This document shows, piece by piece, positions 1 to 10,306 of a stretch of DNA of 64,000 bases. The position numbers and the translations under genes were made by a program. The notes beneath the pieces are model-generated. The model did not search any database. It saw only the letters and a list, made by a program, of their open reading frames with translations, and was not told where the DNA came from. This DNA is from Gemmatimonadaceae bacterium (GTDB taxonomy: Bacteria; Gemmatimonadota; Gemmatimonadetes; Gemmatimonadales; Gemmatimonadaceae): contig JBHYGA010000005.1 of the NCBI GenBank assembly GCA_051859245.1, forward strand, positions 641,413 through 705,412, given 5' to 3'. Each line of letters opens with the position of its first letter. The stretch's first letter is position 1.

Positions 1-1193
1 AAGGTCAGCGGCAGCAGGGGCAGCAACAGCAAGGCCAGCAGCAGGGTCAGCAACAGCAAGGCCAGCAGCAAGGCCAGCAAGGACAACAGGGCCAACCGCA
101 GCGTGGACAGCAAGGCGGCCAGCAAGGCGGCCAGCAGGGCGGGCAACAGGGCGGGCAGCAAGGCGGTCAGCAGGATCCGGCCGCGCAAGCCGAACGCGCT
201 GCCGACGCCATGGACCGCGCCGCCGACCAGCTCGCGGCCGCTCGCGAAGCGCAGGTTGACGCGTGGAAACAGGATCTGTCCAAACAACTCGATCAGAGCA
301 TCAACGAAACGGCGCAACTTGCACGTCAGCAGTCGCAACTCGCGGATAAGGCGCAGTCGCAGGGCAATGCGCAGGGGATGCAGGGCGAGCAAGGCGCAGT
401 GCAGCAAGGTGTGCAGCAAGCGGCTGAGCGGCTCGAGCAGGCTGGACGTGGATCCGCGTTGCTCTCGCAGCGTTCGCAGCGAGCCATGGCCGAAGCGCAG
501 CAAAAAGTGCAGCAGGCTGCGCAGTCGATGAATGCGTCGGGGCAGCCGGGTGGCGGTGAACAGGCACAGAGCGCCATGCGTGATGCCGCGCAGGCGCTCA
601 ATCAGGCCCTGTCGTCTCTCGTACGAGATCGTGAGCGCGTGAACAACGCGAACTCCGCGTCTGGTTTTGGTGAGATGATGGAGCAGATGAAGCAACTGGC
701 TGAACAGCAGGGTTCACTCAACGGCCAGATGCAAGGGCTGTCGATGATGCCAGGCGGGGCGCAGGGACAACAGGGACAGCAGCAGGCGCGTGCACTTGCG
801 CGGCAGCAGAAAAGTGTGGCTGATGGACTGCAGGATGTCGCCGACATTGATCCCACCGGTCGTCTCGAAGCACTCGCGCGTGAAGCGCAGCAGGTTGCGC
901 AGGCCCTCGATCGTGGTGTCACTGATCCCGCGGTCGCCGCGCGTCAGCAGCAGTTGTATCGTCGTATGCTGGACGCCGGTCGTTTCCTTGAACAGAACGA
1001 ACGCGACGATCAGGGGGCGCGTGAAGCGCGCGCGGGTACTGGTCGCGGCACGAGCGCGGCAACGGGTGCAACGAGCGGGAAGGACGGCGTACGCTTCGCG
1101 CCGCCCACATGGAATGATCTGCGCACCCTGTCGCCGGAAGAGCGTCGACTGGTGTACGAGTATTTCCGACGGCTGAACGCCACGCCGCCGTGA
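1..1193 (+). CDS. Gln/Gly-rich coiled-coil protein, DUF4175-like C-terminus (5' partial)
   Basis: Frame is open from position 3 (GQRQQGQQQQGQQ...) into the 210..1193 ORF. Typical tail RQQQLYRRMLDAGR...ERRLVYEYFRRL. Stop overlaps the next start (GTGA). Confidence 0.7.
   Translation, partial: GQRQQGQQQQGQQQGQQQQGQQQGQQGQQGQPQRGQQGGQQGGQQGGQQGGQQGGQQDPAAQAERAADAMDRAADQLAAAREAQVDAWKQDLSKQLDQSINETAQLARQQSQLADKAQSQGNAQGMQGEQGAVQQGVQQAAERLEQAGRGSALLSQRSQRAMAEAQQKVQQAAQSMNASGQPGGGEQAQSAMRDAAQALNQALSSLVRDRERVNNANSASGFGEMMEQMKQLAEQQGSLNGQMQGLSMMPGGAQGQQGQQQARALARQQKSVADGLQDVADIDPTGRLEALAREAQQVAQALDRGVTDPAVAARQQQLYRRMLDAGRFLEQNERDDQGAREARAGTGRGTSAATGATSGKDGVRFAPPTWNDLRTLSPEERRLVYEYFRRLNATPP
3..174 (+). 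repeat. Coding low-complexity repeat (GQQ/GGQQ units)
   Basis: Imperfect tandem cagcaaggc/cagcaaggcggc units encoding GQQ and GGQQ. Confidence 0.9.
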
Positions 1194-2932
1194 TCAAGTT
1201 CTGGCAACGCGCACGCCGATCGTGCTGCGCGCTGGCCGGAGCAGTGATTGGTGCGTGTGTCGTACCGTCGCAAAGTGCCGCCGCGCAAGATCCGGTCTCC
1301 GCGGCAATCGCGCTCGAAGATTCCGCGCGATACCCGCAAGCGGCGGCTGCCTACCGAGCGCTGCTCACGCGCGCGCTCGCGGGTGGCGACGATGCGGATC
1401 AGATCGCGCTCGCACTGCTGGGCCTCGAGCGCGTGTGGCATCAGCTCGCGTTGCGCGATTCGATCATTCCGGTGGTCGACGATGTGCTGCTGCGTCGCCC
1501 GGCAGACCCGGTTGCGCGCAGCATCCAATTTCGTGCGTTGTCGACGGCGTCGCGCGAGTCCGACCTTCGCGCGGCCTTCGTGTCGTGGCGGCGCGCGGCC
1601 CCTGATGATGCATCACCGTGGCGAGAATACGTGCGCACGTTGATGTCGATGGGTCGCACGCTCACAGCCGACAGTGTGCTCGCCGATGCCGCGCGTGCGC
1701 TCGGTGGCCGGAATGAGTTGGCCGGTGAAGTGGCGCAGATTGCCGCCACACTGGATCGTTGGAACGATGCGGCGCTGGCGTGGCGTGCGGCGATTCAGGA
1801 CATGCCGTGGATGGAAATGGCGGCCACGTTTTCGTTGCAGCGTGCGCCGGAAACCGCACGCGATTCGGTGCGCCGCGCATTGAGTGCAGCGCCTATTCAG
1901 CTGTTGCCGCGGCGTGTGCTCGCCGCACTGGAGACTGGTTGGGGCGATCCGAGGCGGGGCTGGGCCGCGCTCGCCGAAGCGCGCACGGATGACTCAAGCA
2001 CCGTGGCGTGGAAAGAGTTTGCGGAACGTGCCGAAGCGATGAACTCGTGGTCCGTAGCGCGCGATGTGTGGAGCGCGTTGTACGAGCGCACGCCCGAGCC
2101 GGCCGTGGCAGAACGCGCGGCCGAAGCGTCGCTGGCGGCGGGAGACGCCGAAGGCGCGCTTGCGTTCGCTGCCCGCGCAGCGAACGGACGATCTCCGGCC
2201 GATCGCGCCCGGAGCCTGCTGCGTCTCGAAGTGCGCGCGTTGGGTGAGCTCGGGCGCGCAGAGGAGGCGGCGAAACGAGTTGCCGCACTCGACCAGTATC
2301 TTGACCCCCAACAGCGCGCGGAGTTGGCGCGACCGCTGGTGGGTGCCTGGTTGCGCACGGGCAACGTGGAGCGCGCGCGCGAGGTGGCTGCGAGGGCAGG
2401 TGACCTGGATGATGACGAAGTGATCGGATGGTTAGCCCTCTACGACGGTGATTTGACAGAGGCGCGCAAACGACTGGTGCGCGCCACTACACGCGACGCG
2501 TCACTCACCGATGCGTTGGCCGTGCTCGCACGAACCAGGATGCCGGCCCACACGGGTTTGGGGGCCGCATTTCTCGCACTCGCGCGACGAGACAGCGCCA
2601 ATGCGGCTGTTCGCTTTGCGGGACTGGCCGACAGCCTGCCCGATGCCGCACCGGCGCTGCTCGCGACGGCCGCTCGCGTATCAACGTCACTCGGCACAAC
2701 CGCCGACGCTGTGCGATATTGGACACGTATCGTGTCGCAGCACGCGAGTGCGCCAGAAGTGCCAGAAGCCTTGCTGGAGTTGGCGAGAGCGGCGGTGCGT
2801 GCGGGCGATACCGCGACGGCGACCACTCGTTACGAAACGTTGCTCATTGACCATCCGGGAAGTGCCATGGTGCCACAAGCGCGACGGGAACTTGAGCGGT
2901 TACGCGGTCGCGTGCCGGAGGAACACCAATGA
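1190..2932 (+). CDS. Secreted tetratricopeptide-repeat protein
   Basis: Signal peptide, Ala-rich helical repeats, C-terminal TPR pair (PEALLELARAA...YETLLIDHPGS). Confidence 0.75.
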   Translation: MIKFWQRARRSCCALAGAVIGACVVPSQSAAAQDPVSAAIALEDSARYPQAAAAYRALLTRALAGGDDADQIALALLGLERVWHQLALRDSIIPVVDDVLLRRPADPVARSIQFRALSTASRESDLRAAFVSWRRAAPDDASPWREYVRTLMSMGRTLTADSVLADAARALGGRNELAGEVAQIAATLDRWNDAALAWRAAIQDMPWMEMAATFSLQRAPETARDSVRRALSAAPIQLLPRRVLAALETGWGDPRRGWAALAEARTDDSSTVAWKEFAERAEAMNSWSVARDVWSALYERTPEPAVAERAAEASLAAGDAEGALAFAARAANGRSPADRARSLLRLEVRALGELGRAEEAAKRVAALDQYLDPQQRAELARPLVGAWLRTGNVERAREVAARAGDLDDDEVIGWLALYDGDLTEARKRLVRATTRDASLTDALAVLARTRMPAHTGLGAAFLALARRDSANAAVRFAGLADSLPDAAPALLATAARVSTSLGTTADAVRYWTRIVSQHASAPEVPEALLELARAAVRAGDTATATTRYETLLIDHPGSAMVPQARRELERLRGRVPEEHQ

Positions 2933-4215
2933 TCAGACGATTGATGCAACATTCGATACGCGTTGTTGCGGCCGGCGTGGCGCTGGTTGCCGTGCTCGCG
3001 CCGAGCGTGTTCGCGCAGTCGTTGCTTGTGCCCATGGACGACGCGCAACGCAATCATCTCAAGGCGTACGGGCTGGCCTTTCAGGCGATCAAGGCCACGC
3101 AGCGCGCGGAGTGGCTGCTCAACTATCGCGGTGGTGCGTTTCTGCTCCCTGACGCGGCCGACTTGCGCCGGCGTGCCGCGCTTGATGGCGTGACCATTGA
3201 GCCCATTGCCGATCGCGATGTGGTGCGCATCCGTTCGGAAATCGCCGGCGGCAACATGGACGCGGTTGTGCTCGAGCGCGCGCCGCGCGTTGCCATCTAT
3301 CGCCCCAAGGATCAGCCACCCTGGGACGACGCCGTCACGCTTGCACTCACGTACGCCGGCATTGACTTCGAGTCGATCTGGGACGATGACGTGCTGAACG
3401 GTGACCTGAGCAAATACGACTGGGTGCATTTGCACCACGAAGATTTTACGGGACAGTTCAACAAACTGTACCTCGCGTATCGTGATGCCCCGTGGTTCAT
3501 CGCGCAGCGTCAGCGCGATGAAGCAACGGCCGCACGCTTCAAACTGCCGCACGTGCCCGCGCTCAAAAAAAGCGTGGCCGATGGCATTCGCACATTCGTG
3601 GAAAAGGGCGGCTTTCTGTTTGCCATGTGCGGCGCCACCGAATCGCTCGATCTCGCGATGGCGGCGTTCAACGTGGACATCACCGGACCATTCTCCGACG
3701 GCACGCCGGTCGACAGCGATGCAGACGCGCGCCTCGACTGGCCGCGAAGCTTTGCGTTTCGTAACGCCCGTATTGAACCGTCACCGTACGTCAATGCGCT
3801 CAGCGATATTGATGGACATCAGGTGAACGTGCCCGCGCGTCGGCAGCCGCTTGGAAGCTTTTCGCTGTTTGATTTTTCGGCCAAGCTCGATCCCGTGGCG
3901 GCAATGCTTGTACAGAATCACCGCACCAATATTCCCGACTTCTTCGGCGTGACGACGAGTTTCAACAAGGGCGTGCTCAAGCCAGGCGTCACCGTACTCG
4001 CGTCGGAAGAAGGTGCACCGTGGGTAAAGTACATTCACGGAGACTACGGACAGGGTTCGTGGACGTTTCTCGGTGGGCACGATCCTGAGGATCCGCAGCA
4101 TGCCATCGGCAGTGCGCCCACCGATCTGTCCATGCATCCCAACTCACCGGCGTATCGTTTGATTCTCAACAACGTGCTGTTCCCCGCGGCCAAGAAGAAG
4201 CCTCGGAAGACGTGA
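2929..4215 (+). CDS. Secreted class I glutamine amidotransferase-like protein (family often labelled 'asparagine synthetase B')
   Basis: Signal peptide; NHLKAYG, YDWVHLHHEDFTGQ, FAMC elbow, GGHDPED and HPNSPAYRLILNNVLFPAA motifs. Confidence 0.65.
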   Translation: MIRRLMQHSIRVVAAGVALVAVLAPSVFAQSLLVPMDDAQRNHLKAYGLAFQAIKATQRAEWLLNYRGGAFLLPDAADLRRRAALDGVTIEPIADRDVVRIRSEIAGGNMDAVVLERAPRVAIYRPKDQPPWDDAVTLALTYAGIDFESIWDDDVLNGDLSKYDWVHLHHEDFTGQFNKLYLAYRDAPWFIAQRQRDEATAARFKLPHVPALKKSVADGIRTFVEKGGFLFAMCGATESLDLAMAAFNVDITGPFSDGTPVDSDADARLDWPRSFAFRNARIEPSPYVNALSDIDGHQVNVPARRQPLGSFSLFDFSAKLDPVAAMLVQNHRTNIPDFFGVTTSFNKGVLKPGVTVLASEEGAPWVKYIHGDYGQGSWTFLGGHDPEDPQHAIGSAPTDLSMHPNSPAYRLILNNVLFPAAKKKPRKT

Positions 4216-6794
4216 TCGGCGAGGCCCGCATTTCGCGTGGTGCCGCCGCGACCATCAAGACCGCCATCAAGCTTGCCGGTGGAAACGAAGTGTGTTTCGT
4301 GTCCACGCTGGATGCCGACGGGATCATTCAGTCTGCTCGCGTGGTGGCGCGCGGTGACATTCGCAGTGTGCTCGCCCTTCCAGGCGTTGCGCAGCGCGGT
4401 GACATGTTTGTGCACAACCATCCCAGCGGTCTGCTGGAACCGAGTGACGCGGATCTCGAGATAGCAGCGCGCGTGCATGGCAATGGCGTCGGCTTTGCCA
4501 TTGTTGATAACGACGCCACTCGGCTGTACGTCGTGACCGAAGTACCGGCGCCCGCGAAAAACAGCGCAATTGCGCTTGACGCGCTCGACGAAACGCTCGG
4601 CCCACGCGGGCCCATTGCTGCGGACATGCGCGCCGCGGGTGCGTTCGGGTACGAAGATCGGCCGAGCCAGCGCGCGATGGCGAAAGCGGTGGCCAATGCG
4701 TTCAATCACAAAGGCATTGCGCTGCTCGAGGCTGGTACCGGTGTTGGCAAATCACTCGGCTACCTGGTACCGGCGCTTCGCTGGGCTGCAGGCAACGATG
4801 AACGCACGATTGTCTCGACCGCGACGATCACGTTGCAAGAACAACTCGTAAACAAAGACCTGCCGTTTCTTGCCGGCGCGTTGCAGGATCAGGACGTGAA
4901 GTTTGCGTTGCTCAAAGGGTGGCGTAACTACGTGTGTCTGCAACGCCTCGAACAAGCCACGGCGTCGGGCGCGTCGCTGTTCGATGACGCTGGCGCACGT
5001 GAACTTGAGACCATTGTTGGTTGGACCAAACACACCGCCGACGGTACGATTGCGGATCTGGCCACACCGCCGCGACCGGATGTGTGGGATGAGGTGGCCG
5101 CCGAGCCAGATTTATGCGGTCGCCTCAAGTGCCCGCACTACGACGGCTGCTTTCTCTTCGAAGCGCGCAAGCAGGCGTCACTCGCCGATGTGGTGGTGGT
5201 CAACCATCATTTGCTGTTGGCTGATGTCGCCGTGCGTCGCGCCGCAAACAACTGGGATGACGCGGCCGTGCTGCCGTCGTACAAGCGCGTGATTATCGAT
5301 GAAGGTCATCATCTCGAAGATGCGGCGTCGAGTCACCTTGGTGTGTCCGTCACGCGACGCGGAATCGCGCGTTTGTTCGGCCGTTTGGAGCGACGCGGCA
5401 ACAAAGGATTGTTACCAGTCCTCGCGACGCGGTTGGCCGCCACCAGCGATTTATTGAGCACCGCGAGTCTCGATCTGGTACGCGAACGTCTCGCGCCAAG
5501 CACGCATCGCGCGCGTGAGTTGGCGCAGCGACTGTTTGATCAGCTGCAGGAGTTGCTCGAGTCGCAGCCGGCAATGGGCGCGCTGCGTCTCGATGAGAAC
5601 TTTCAGCAGCACCGTGTGTGGCGCGACGGACTCGATGCAACGTTCACGGATTTGCTGCGCGAAGTCTCGTTGATCAATGATGGACTGCGTCTCGTGCGCG
5701 AACGCATTGAAAGTGATGAAAAGAAGGCCGAAGAGTTGTCGACAACGATCGGCGAACTTCGCGGTGTAGGACGCCGGCTTGAAGGCGCTGCCGACTCGCT
5801 CGTGCAGGCACTGCGACCTGCGGCCGGCGGTGATCCGATGGTGCGTTGGCTGGAGCTCTCAGGAAAACCGGGGCCCGATCGCAATGTGGCCGCGCACGCG
5901 GTGCCGCTTGATCTTGCACCCATTCTGCGCGCGGATCTTTTTGATCGCGTGGAAACCGCGATCGTGACGAGTGCCACCCTCGCGACAAATGGCGGCTTCG
6001 ATTTTTTGCGCGAACGATTGGGGTTGAGTGAAGAGGCACCAGCCACTGCCGCCGCTACGGACGTGCAGCCCGCACCAAAGAAGAAATCGCGTCGGTCGGT
6101 ACACACCGATGTGTTTCCGTCACCGTTCGACTACGCGCGACAGGCGCTGCTCGCGATTCCCACCGACCTGCCAGCGCCAAACGAAAATCCGTCTGGTCAT
6201 GCGGACGCCGTTCACCGTCAGCTGCGCGACCTGGTGCGGGCGGCCGATGGTGGTGTGTTCGGCCTGTTTACAAGTCATCGTGATTTGCGTGCTGCCGCGA
6301 CCTGGTGGCGCGACGAAGGGCTTGATGCCCGTTGGCCGCTGCTCGTGCATGGCGAAGACGAAGCACGCGATGTGTTGCTCAAGCGATTCCGCGATGCGGG
6401 ACGGGCGGTTCTGTTCGGGACCGCGTCATTCTGGGAAGGCGTTGACGTACCGGGACGAGCACTGCGCGCATTGCTGATTTCCAAGTTGCCATTTCGTGTG
6501 CCGAGCGAGCCCGTGGTTGCGGCGCAGTGTGAAGCCATCGAGGCACGCGGCGGCAATCCGTTCGTGGAGTACATGCTGCCGCATGCGTCGCTCCGGCTCA
6601 AGCAGGGGTTCGGCCGGTTGGTGCGCACGGCGAGCGACCGTGGGGTGGTGGTAATCAGCGATCCACGGGTGATCACCAAGCGCTACGGACGCGGCCTGCT
6701 CGACGCGTTGCCACCAGCGCGACGTATCTCCGGCGCGTGGGGCACCATACATTCCGAGATTCGTTCGTTCTTTGAGCACGAAGATCGCTCCTGA
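4212..6794 (+). CDS. dinG: DinG/YoaA-family Fe-S helicase with N-terminal JAB/MPN domain
   Basis: HNHPSG..PS..D JAB motif; EAGTGVGKS Walker A; IIDEGHH; Fe-S Cys residues; SFWEGVDVPG; QGFGRLVR. Confidence 0.9.
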   Translation: MIGEARISRGAAATIKTAIKLAGGNEVCFVSTLDADGIIQSARVVARGDIRSVLALPGVAQRGDMFVHNHPSGLLEPSDADLEIAARVHGNGVGFAIVDNDATRLYVVTEVPAPAKNSAIALDALDETLGPRGPIAADMRAAGAFGYEDRPSQRAMAKAVANAFNHKGIALLEAGTGVGKSLGYLVPALRWAAGNDERTIVSTATITLQEQLVNKDLPFLAGALQDQDVKFALLKGWRNYVCLQRLEQATASGASLFDDAGARELETIVGWTKHTADGTIADLATPPRPDVWDEVAAEPDLCGRLKCPHYDGCFLFEARKQASLADVVVVNHHLLLADVAVRRAANNWDDAAVLPSYKRVIIDEGHHLEDAASSHLGVSVTRRGIARLFGRLERRGNKGLLPVLATRLAATSDLLSTASLDLVRERLAPSTHRARELAQRLFDQLQELLESQPAMGALRLDENFQQHRVWRDGLDATFTDLLREVSLINDGLRLVRERIESDEKKAEELSTTIGELRGVGRRLEGAADSLVQALRPAAGGDPMVRWLELSGKPGPDRNVAAHAVPLDLAPILRADLFDRVETAIVTSATLATNGGFDFLRERLGLSEEAPATAAATDVQPAPKKKSRRSVHTDVFPSPFDYARQALLAIPTDLPAPNENPSGHADAVHRQLRDLVRAADGGVFGLFTSHRDLRAAATWWRDEGLDARWPLLVHGEDEARDVLLKRFRDAGRAVLFGTASFWEGVDVPGRALRALLISKLPFRVPSEPVVAAQCEAIEARGGNPFVEYMLPHASLRLKQGFGRLVRTASDRGVVVISDPRVITKRYGRGLLDALPPARRISGAWGTIHSEIRSFFEHEDRS

Positions 6795-6816
6795 CACCAA
6801 CGCCAGACGCTTACGC

Positions 6817-7428
6817 ATGCTCACGCCGTCCAAAATCGTGTGTGTCGGTCGCAACTACCGCGCGCATGCCGCCGAGCTCGGAAACGATGTCCCAACGTTC
6901 CCGTTGCTGTTCCTTAAGCCACCTTCTACGCTGATCGGGGCAGGGGACGCGATTCGATTGCCGGCGGCGTCCAGTCAGGTCGAGTTCGAAGGAGAGATCG
7001 GAGTCGTAGTCGGTGCTCGCCTGCGAGACGCTACAGAAGACGAAGCGCTCCGTGCGATTTCCGGTATTGTGGCGCTCAACGATGTGACCGCGCGCGACCT
7101 GCAAAAATCTGACGGGCAGTGGACGCGGGCCAAGGGCTTTGACACATTCTGCCCGATCGGCGCACCCGGTCCGGTGCCGAACCGCCTCGACTCGATAACA
7201 GTCGTGACGCGAGTGAACGGTGAAGAGCGCCAGCGGGGTATGGCGTCGCAGATGGTGTTCGCGATCCCCATGTTGCTGGCATACATTTCGGGAATCATGA
7301 CACTGGAGCCAGGCGATATCGTGGCCACGGGAACTCCAGCCGGTGTGGGGCCGCTTGCCCCAGGTGATCGCGTGGATGTGGAGATCGAGGGTATCAGTCG
7401 TGTCTCCAATCCGGTTGTTGCACGGTGA
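6817..7428 (+). CDS. Fumarylacetoacetate hydrolase family protein
   Basis: KIVCVGRNY, EFEGE, NDVTARD, AKGFDTF, TGTPAGVG. ATG 6817 preferred over 6772. Confidence 0.92.
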   Translation: MLTPSKIVCVGRNYRAHAAELGNDVPTFPLLFLKPPSTLIGAGDAIRLPAASSQVEFEGEIGVVVGARLRDATEDEALRAISGIVALNDVTARDLQKSDGQWTRAKGFDTFCPIGAPGPVPNRLDSITVVTRVNGEERQRGMASQMVFAIPMLLAYISGIMTLEPGDIVATGTPAGVGPLAPGDRVDVEIEGISRVSNPVVAR

Positions 7429-7492
7429 TTTTGTGGCGCAGGATCGCGTTCTGCAGGGAAACGATCGGGCGCCGAATGGGTACTGACTAGTT

Positions 7493-8524
7493 ATGGCCGT
7501 CCCTCCAAATTCGCAGGATCGCGAGCAGCAAAGCCGTGCGGCTGCCCCGACTCCGGGACAGCCCAAATCGGCGCGCGCTCGCGGTCCGGTTACCATCGGT
7601 GGCTTCAAGCCCGGTAACCAGCGCAATCCACGCGCTGTGGCCATCGCCGTTGTTGCGCACCTTGTCATTGCGATTGTGCTGCTGCGGGCCATCACGTTCG
7701 ATACCGGCTTTCGCGATTACTTCGGCTTTGCGCCAGAAGAGAAGGCGGTCGAGCGCGTCACGTTCGTTGAGACCACGCCGCCACCCAAGCCGGAAGAAGT
7801 CGCGCCACGCGAGCCATCTCGACCCGCGGCGGCGCCCGCTCCCAGCCGGGGCCCGGTACTCGCCGAGCCGAACGCTGTCGCGGCTTTGCCGGGGCCGCTC
7901 GTGGCGCCGCGCACGGACAGTGGACCGATTGTCAATCGACTTCCCGCCGCCGAGGCCGCCGTGGTTGGGCTGGTGCCTCGCGCGGACTCACGTTTGTGGA
8001 CGATGACCGACTTGCGCGAGCTGCGCGACGAGGTTCGCGCGGCGTCAGCTGGCGGCTATGCGGGAGCTCGTGAGCTTGACAGCGTTATGAACTGGGCGCT
8101 CGGTTCGGCGCGTGATTCACTCGACTCGTTGCGTGTGATTCGCGGCGTTGGCGCAACCACGGCATCGTGGACAAAGAAAGACAGTCAAGGACGCACGTGG
8201 GGCGTTGATCCGTCGGGCATTCGACTGGGCAAAGTGACGATTCCCAGTGCGTTGCTCGGACTGCTTCCGCTCGGCGCACAGCAGGCCATGAGCGGCAATC
8301 CCACGTCGTCGGAGCGCGCACGACGGCTGTCATACGCCCAGTCTGATATCGCGCGCTTCCGCGATGCCGGACCCGGCAATGATCAGTTCAAGATGCTTGT
8401 ACAAGAGTTGCGCGAACGCCGTGATCGGGAGCGCGCGCAAAAACGGGCCATGAACGCGCAGCCAGTGCGCCCCGCGTCCGGCTCAACGAACGAAGTGCCG
8501 CCGGGAGGCAGCAGTCGTCCGTGA
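7493..8524 (+). CDS. Membrane-anchored hypothetical protein with Pro-rich linker
   Basis: One TM helix (AIAVVAHLVIAIVLL) followed by a TonB-like Pro-rich segment; no recognisable C-terminal domain. Confidence 0.6.
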   Translation: MAVPPNSQDREQQSRAAAPTPGQPKSARARGPVTIGGFKPGNQRNPRAVAIAVVAHLVIAIVLLRAITFDTGFRDYFGFAPEEKAVERVTFVETTPPPKPEEVAPREPSRPAAAPAPSRGPVLAEPNAVAALPGPLVAPRTDSGPIVNRLPAAEAAVVGLVPRADSRLWTMTDLRELRDEVRAASAGGYAGARELDSVMNWALGSARDSLDSLRVIRGVGATTASWTKKDSQGRTWGVDPSGIRLGKVTIPSALLGLLPLGAQQAMSGNPTSSERARRLSYAQSDIARFRDAGPGNDQFKMLVQELRERRDRERAQKRAMNAQPVRPASGSTNEVPPGGSSRP

Positions 8525-8536
8525 GCCGTTCGTGCG

Positions 8537-10030
8537 TCAGGCCGGCATATCCTGCTTGAGCCAGCGCACGGCGTTATCAAGTCGGGACAGTGACCGTTCG
8601 CGACCCACGTAGAGCAACACATCAAAAATGCCGATGCTCACCGTGAGTCCGGTGAGCGCGACACGCAGCGGCTGAAAGATCTTGCCGCCCGAAATGTTGA
8701 GCTCTTCAGCGAGTGTGCGCAGCGCCGTTTCCATGCTCGCCGTGTCCCACACGGCCAGAGAAGCCAGTCGCTCGCGCGTCGCCGACAGAATTTCCGCCGA
8801 CGCACTCGCATCACGCCACTGTTTGGAAACCGCGTCGGCGTCGTACGTGACGTCTTCCACGAAGTAGGGCGTGGACTGATTCGCAATGTCGTCGACGGTA
8901 CGCGCGCGTACGCGCAGCAACTCCACGAGGCCGCGGAACCATTCGTCGCGCCCTTCCAACTCCGCGCGCGTCGCGACACCGAGTCGTTCGAAGGCCTGGT
9001 ATACATGCGGCATGACTTCATCGAGCGGCATCAGCGACAAATGCTGTCCGTTCATCCAATCCAGTTTTTGCGGATCGAAGATGGCGGCCTTTTTCTGCAG
9101 TCCGTCGAGTGAGAACTTTTCAAGCAGTGTTTCCATGCGCATCACTTCGGTGTCGTCTCCCGGAGACCAGCCGAGCAGCGCAAGGAAGTTGAGCATGGTG
9201 CTCGGCAACAAACCGAGATGCTGGTAATCTCCAACCGCAGTTGCACCGTGACGCTTTGACAGCTTTTTGCCGTCGGTGCCATGAATCATGGGCACATGGG
9301 CAAACTCCGGTACCGGGGCACCCAGCGCGCGATAGAGGAGAATCTGCTTGGGTGTATTTGAGATGTGATCGTCTCCGCGCATGACCATGGTAATGCGCAT
9401 CGCGATATCGTCGGACACAACGGCCAGGTTGTACACCGGCGTGCGATCCGACCGCAAGATCACAAAGTCTTCAATGTCCTTGTTCGGAAACGCAATGCGA
9501 TCGTGCACTGCGTCGAACCATTCCGTGGTGCCGTCGGGCACACGAAAGCGCACGGCGTGCGGTTCGCCGGCCGCGAGCTTTTGCGCCACAACATCGGCGG
9601 GCAAGTCTGCCGACGCGCGATCAAACGAGAACGGTACTTTGCGCGCTTCAGCGTCGGCCCGCTGACGCTCCAGTTCAGCGGGTGGGGTGAAATCGCGATA
9701 CGCCGCGCCTGAGGCAAGCAATGCTTCGACATCGGCCTGATGACGCGCGAGATTGCTCCCCTGGAAGACCACCTCTTCATCGTAGTCGAGACCAAGCCAC
9801 GCGAGTCCTTCGAAAATTGCGCGCGTACTTTCTTCCGTGCTGCGCTGCCGGTCGGTGTCTTCAATGCGCAGCAAAAACTGCCCGCCGTATTTGCGCGCGT
9901 AGAGCCAGTTAAAAAGCGCGGTGCGCGCACCACCCACGTGCAAATACCCCGTGGGTGACGGAGCGAAACGAACGCGCGGCCGAATGGCCGGAGCGGCCTC
10001 GTTCGCGGCCGATGAAGCGTTGTCAGTCAT
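8537..10030 (-). CDS. gltX: Glutamate--tRNA ligase
   Basis: RFAPSPTGYLHVGG, LRIEDTD, RGDDHISNT, KLSKR. Confidence 0.97.
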   Translation of the reverse strand: MTDNASSAANEAAPAIRPRVRFAPSPTGYLHVGGARTALFNWLYARKYGGQFLLRIEDTDRQRSTEESTRAIFEGLAWLGLDYDEEVVFQGSNLARHQADVEALLASGAAYRDFTPPAELERQRADAEARKVPFSFDRASADLPADVVAQKLAAGEPHAVRFRVPDGTTEWFDAVHDRIAFPNKDIEDFVILRSDRTPVYNLAVVSDDIAMRITMVMRGDDHISNTPKQILLYRALGAPVPEFAHVPMIHGTDGKKLSKRHGATAVGDYQHLGLLPSTMLNFLALLGWSPGDDTEVMRMETLLEKFSLDGLQKKAAIFDPQKLDWMNGQHLSLMPLDEVMPHVYQAFERLGVATRAELEGRDEWFRGLVELLRVRARTVDDIANQSTPYFVEDVTYDADAVSKQWRDASASAEILSATRERLASLAVWDTASMETALRTLAEELNISGGKIFQPLRVALTGLTVSIGIFDVLLYVGRERSLSRLDNAVRWLKQDMPA

Positions 10031-10088
10031 GAAAACCCGGGGCCGAGCCCGGCGGAAGGCAAAATCAAATTCGACAACATGTCGACTG

Positions 10089-10130
10089 GAAAAAACGACG
10101 CGGGCCCACCAGCAAATTGGCGGACCCGCG
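10089..10130 (-). terminator. Intrinsic terminator after tRNA-Ser(GCT)
   Basis: Minus strand cgcgggtccgcca...tggtgggcccgcg hairpin followed by tcgtttttt. Confidence 0.75.
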
Positions 10131-10133
10131 CAA

Positions 10134-10222
10134 CGGAGGAAGCGGGATTCGAACCCGCGATAGGGTGTTACCCCTATGCCGGTTTAGCAAACCGGTGCCT
10201 TCAGCCTCTCGGCCATCCCTCC
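10134..10222 (-). tRNA. tRNA-Ser(GCT)
   Basis: GGAGGGATGGCCGAGAGGCTGAAGGCACCGGTTTGCTAAACCGG...GGGTTCGAATCCCGCTTCCTCCG; long variable arm; G73; CCA not encoded. Confidence 0.97.
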
Positions 10223-10306
10223 TAAACGGTGTCTGCAGCGACGTTTTGCTGCGTAACCGGCCGTTCTGTGGTGCAACCTCCAATCTGACGGTACGAGGCG
10301 TCCGGG

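Noticed and set aside
1..174. Non-coding satellite
   Set aside because: It is in frame with the Gln/Gly-rich CDS.
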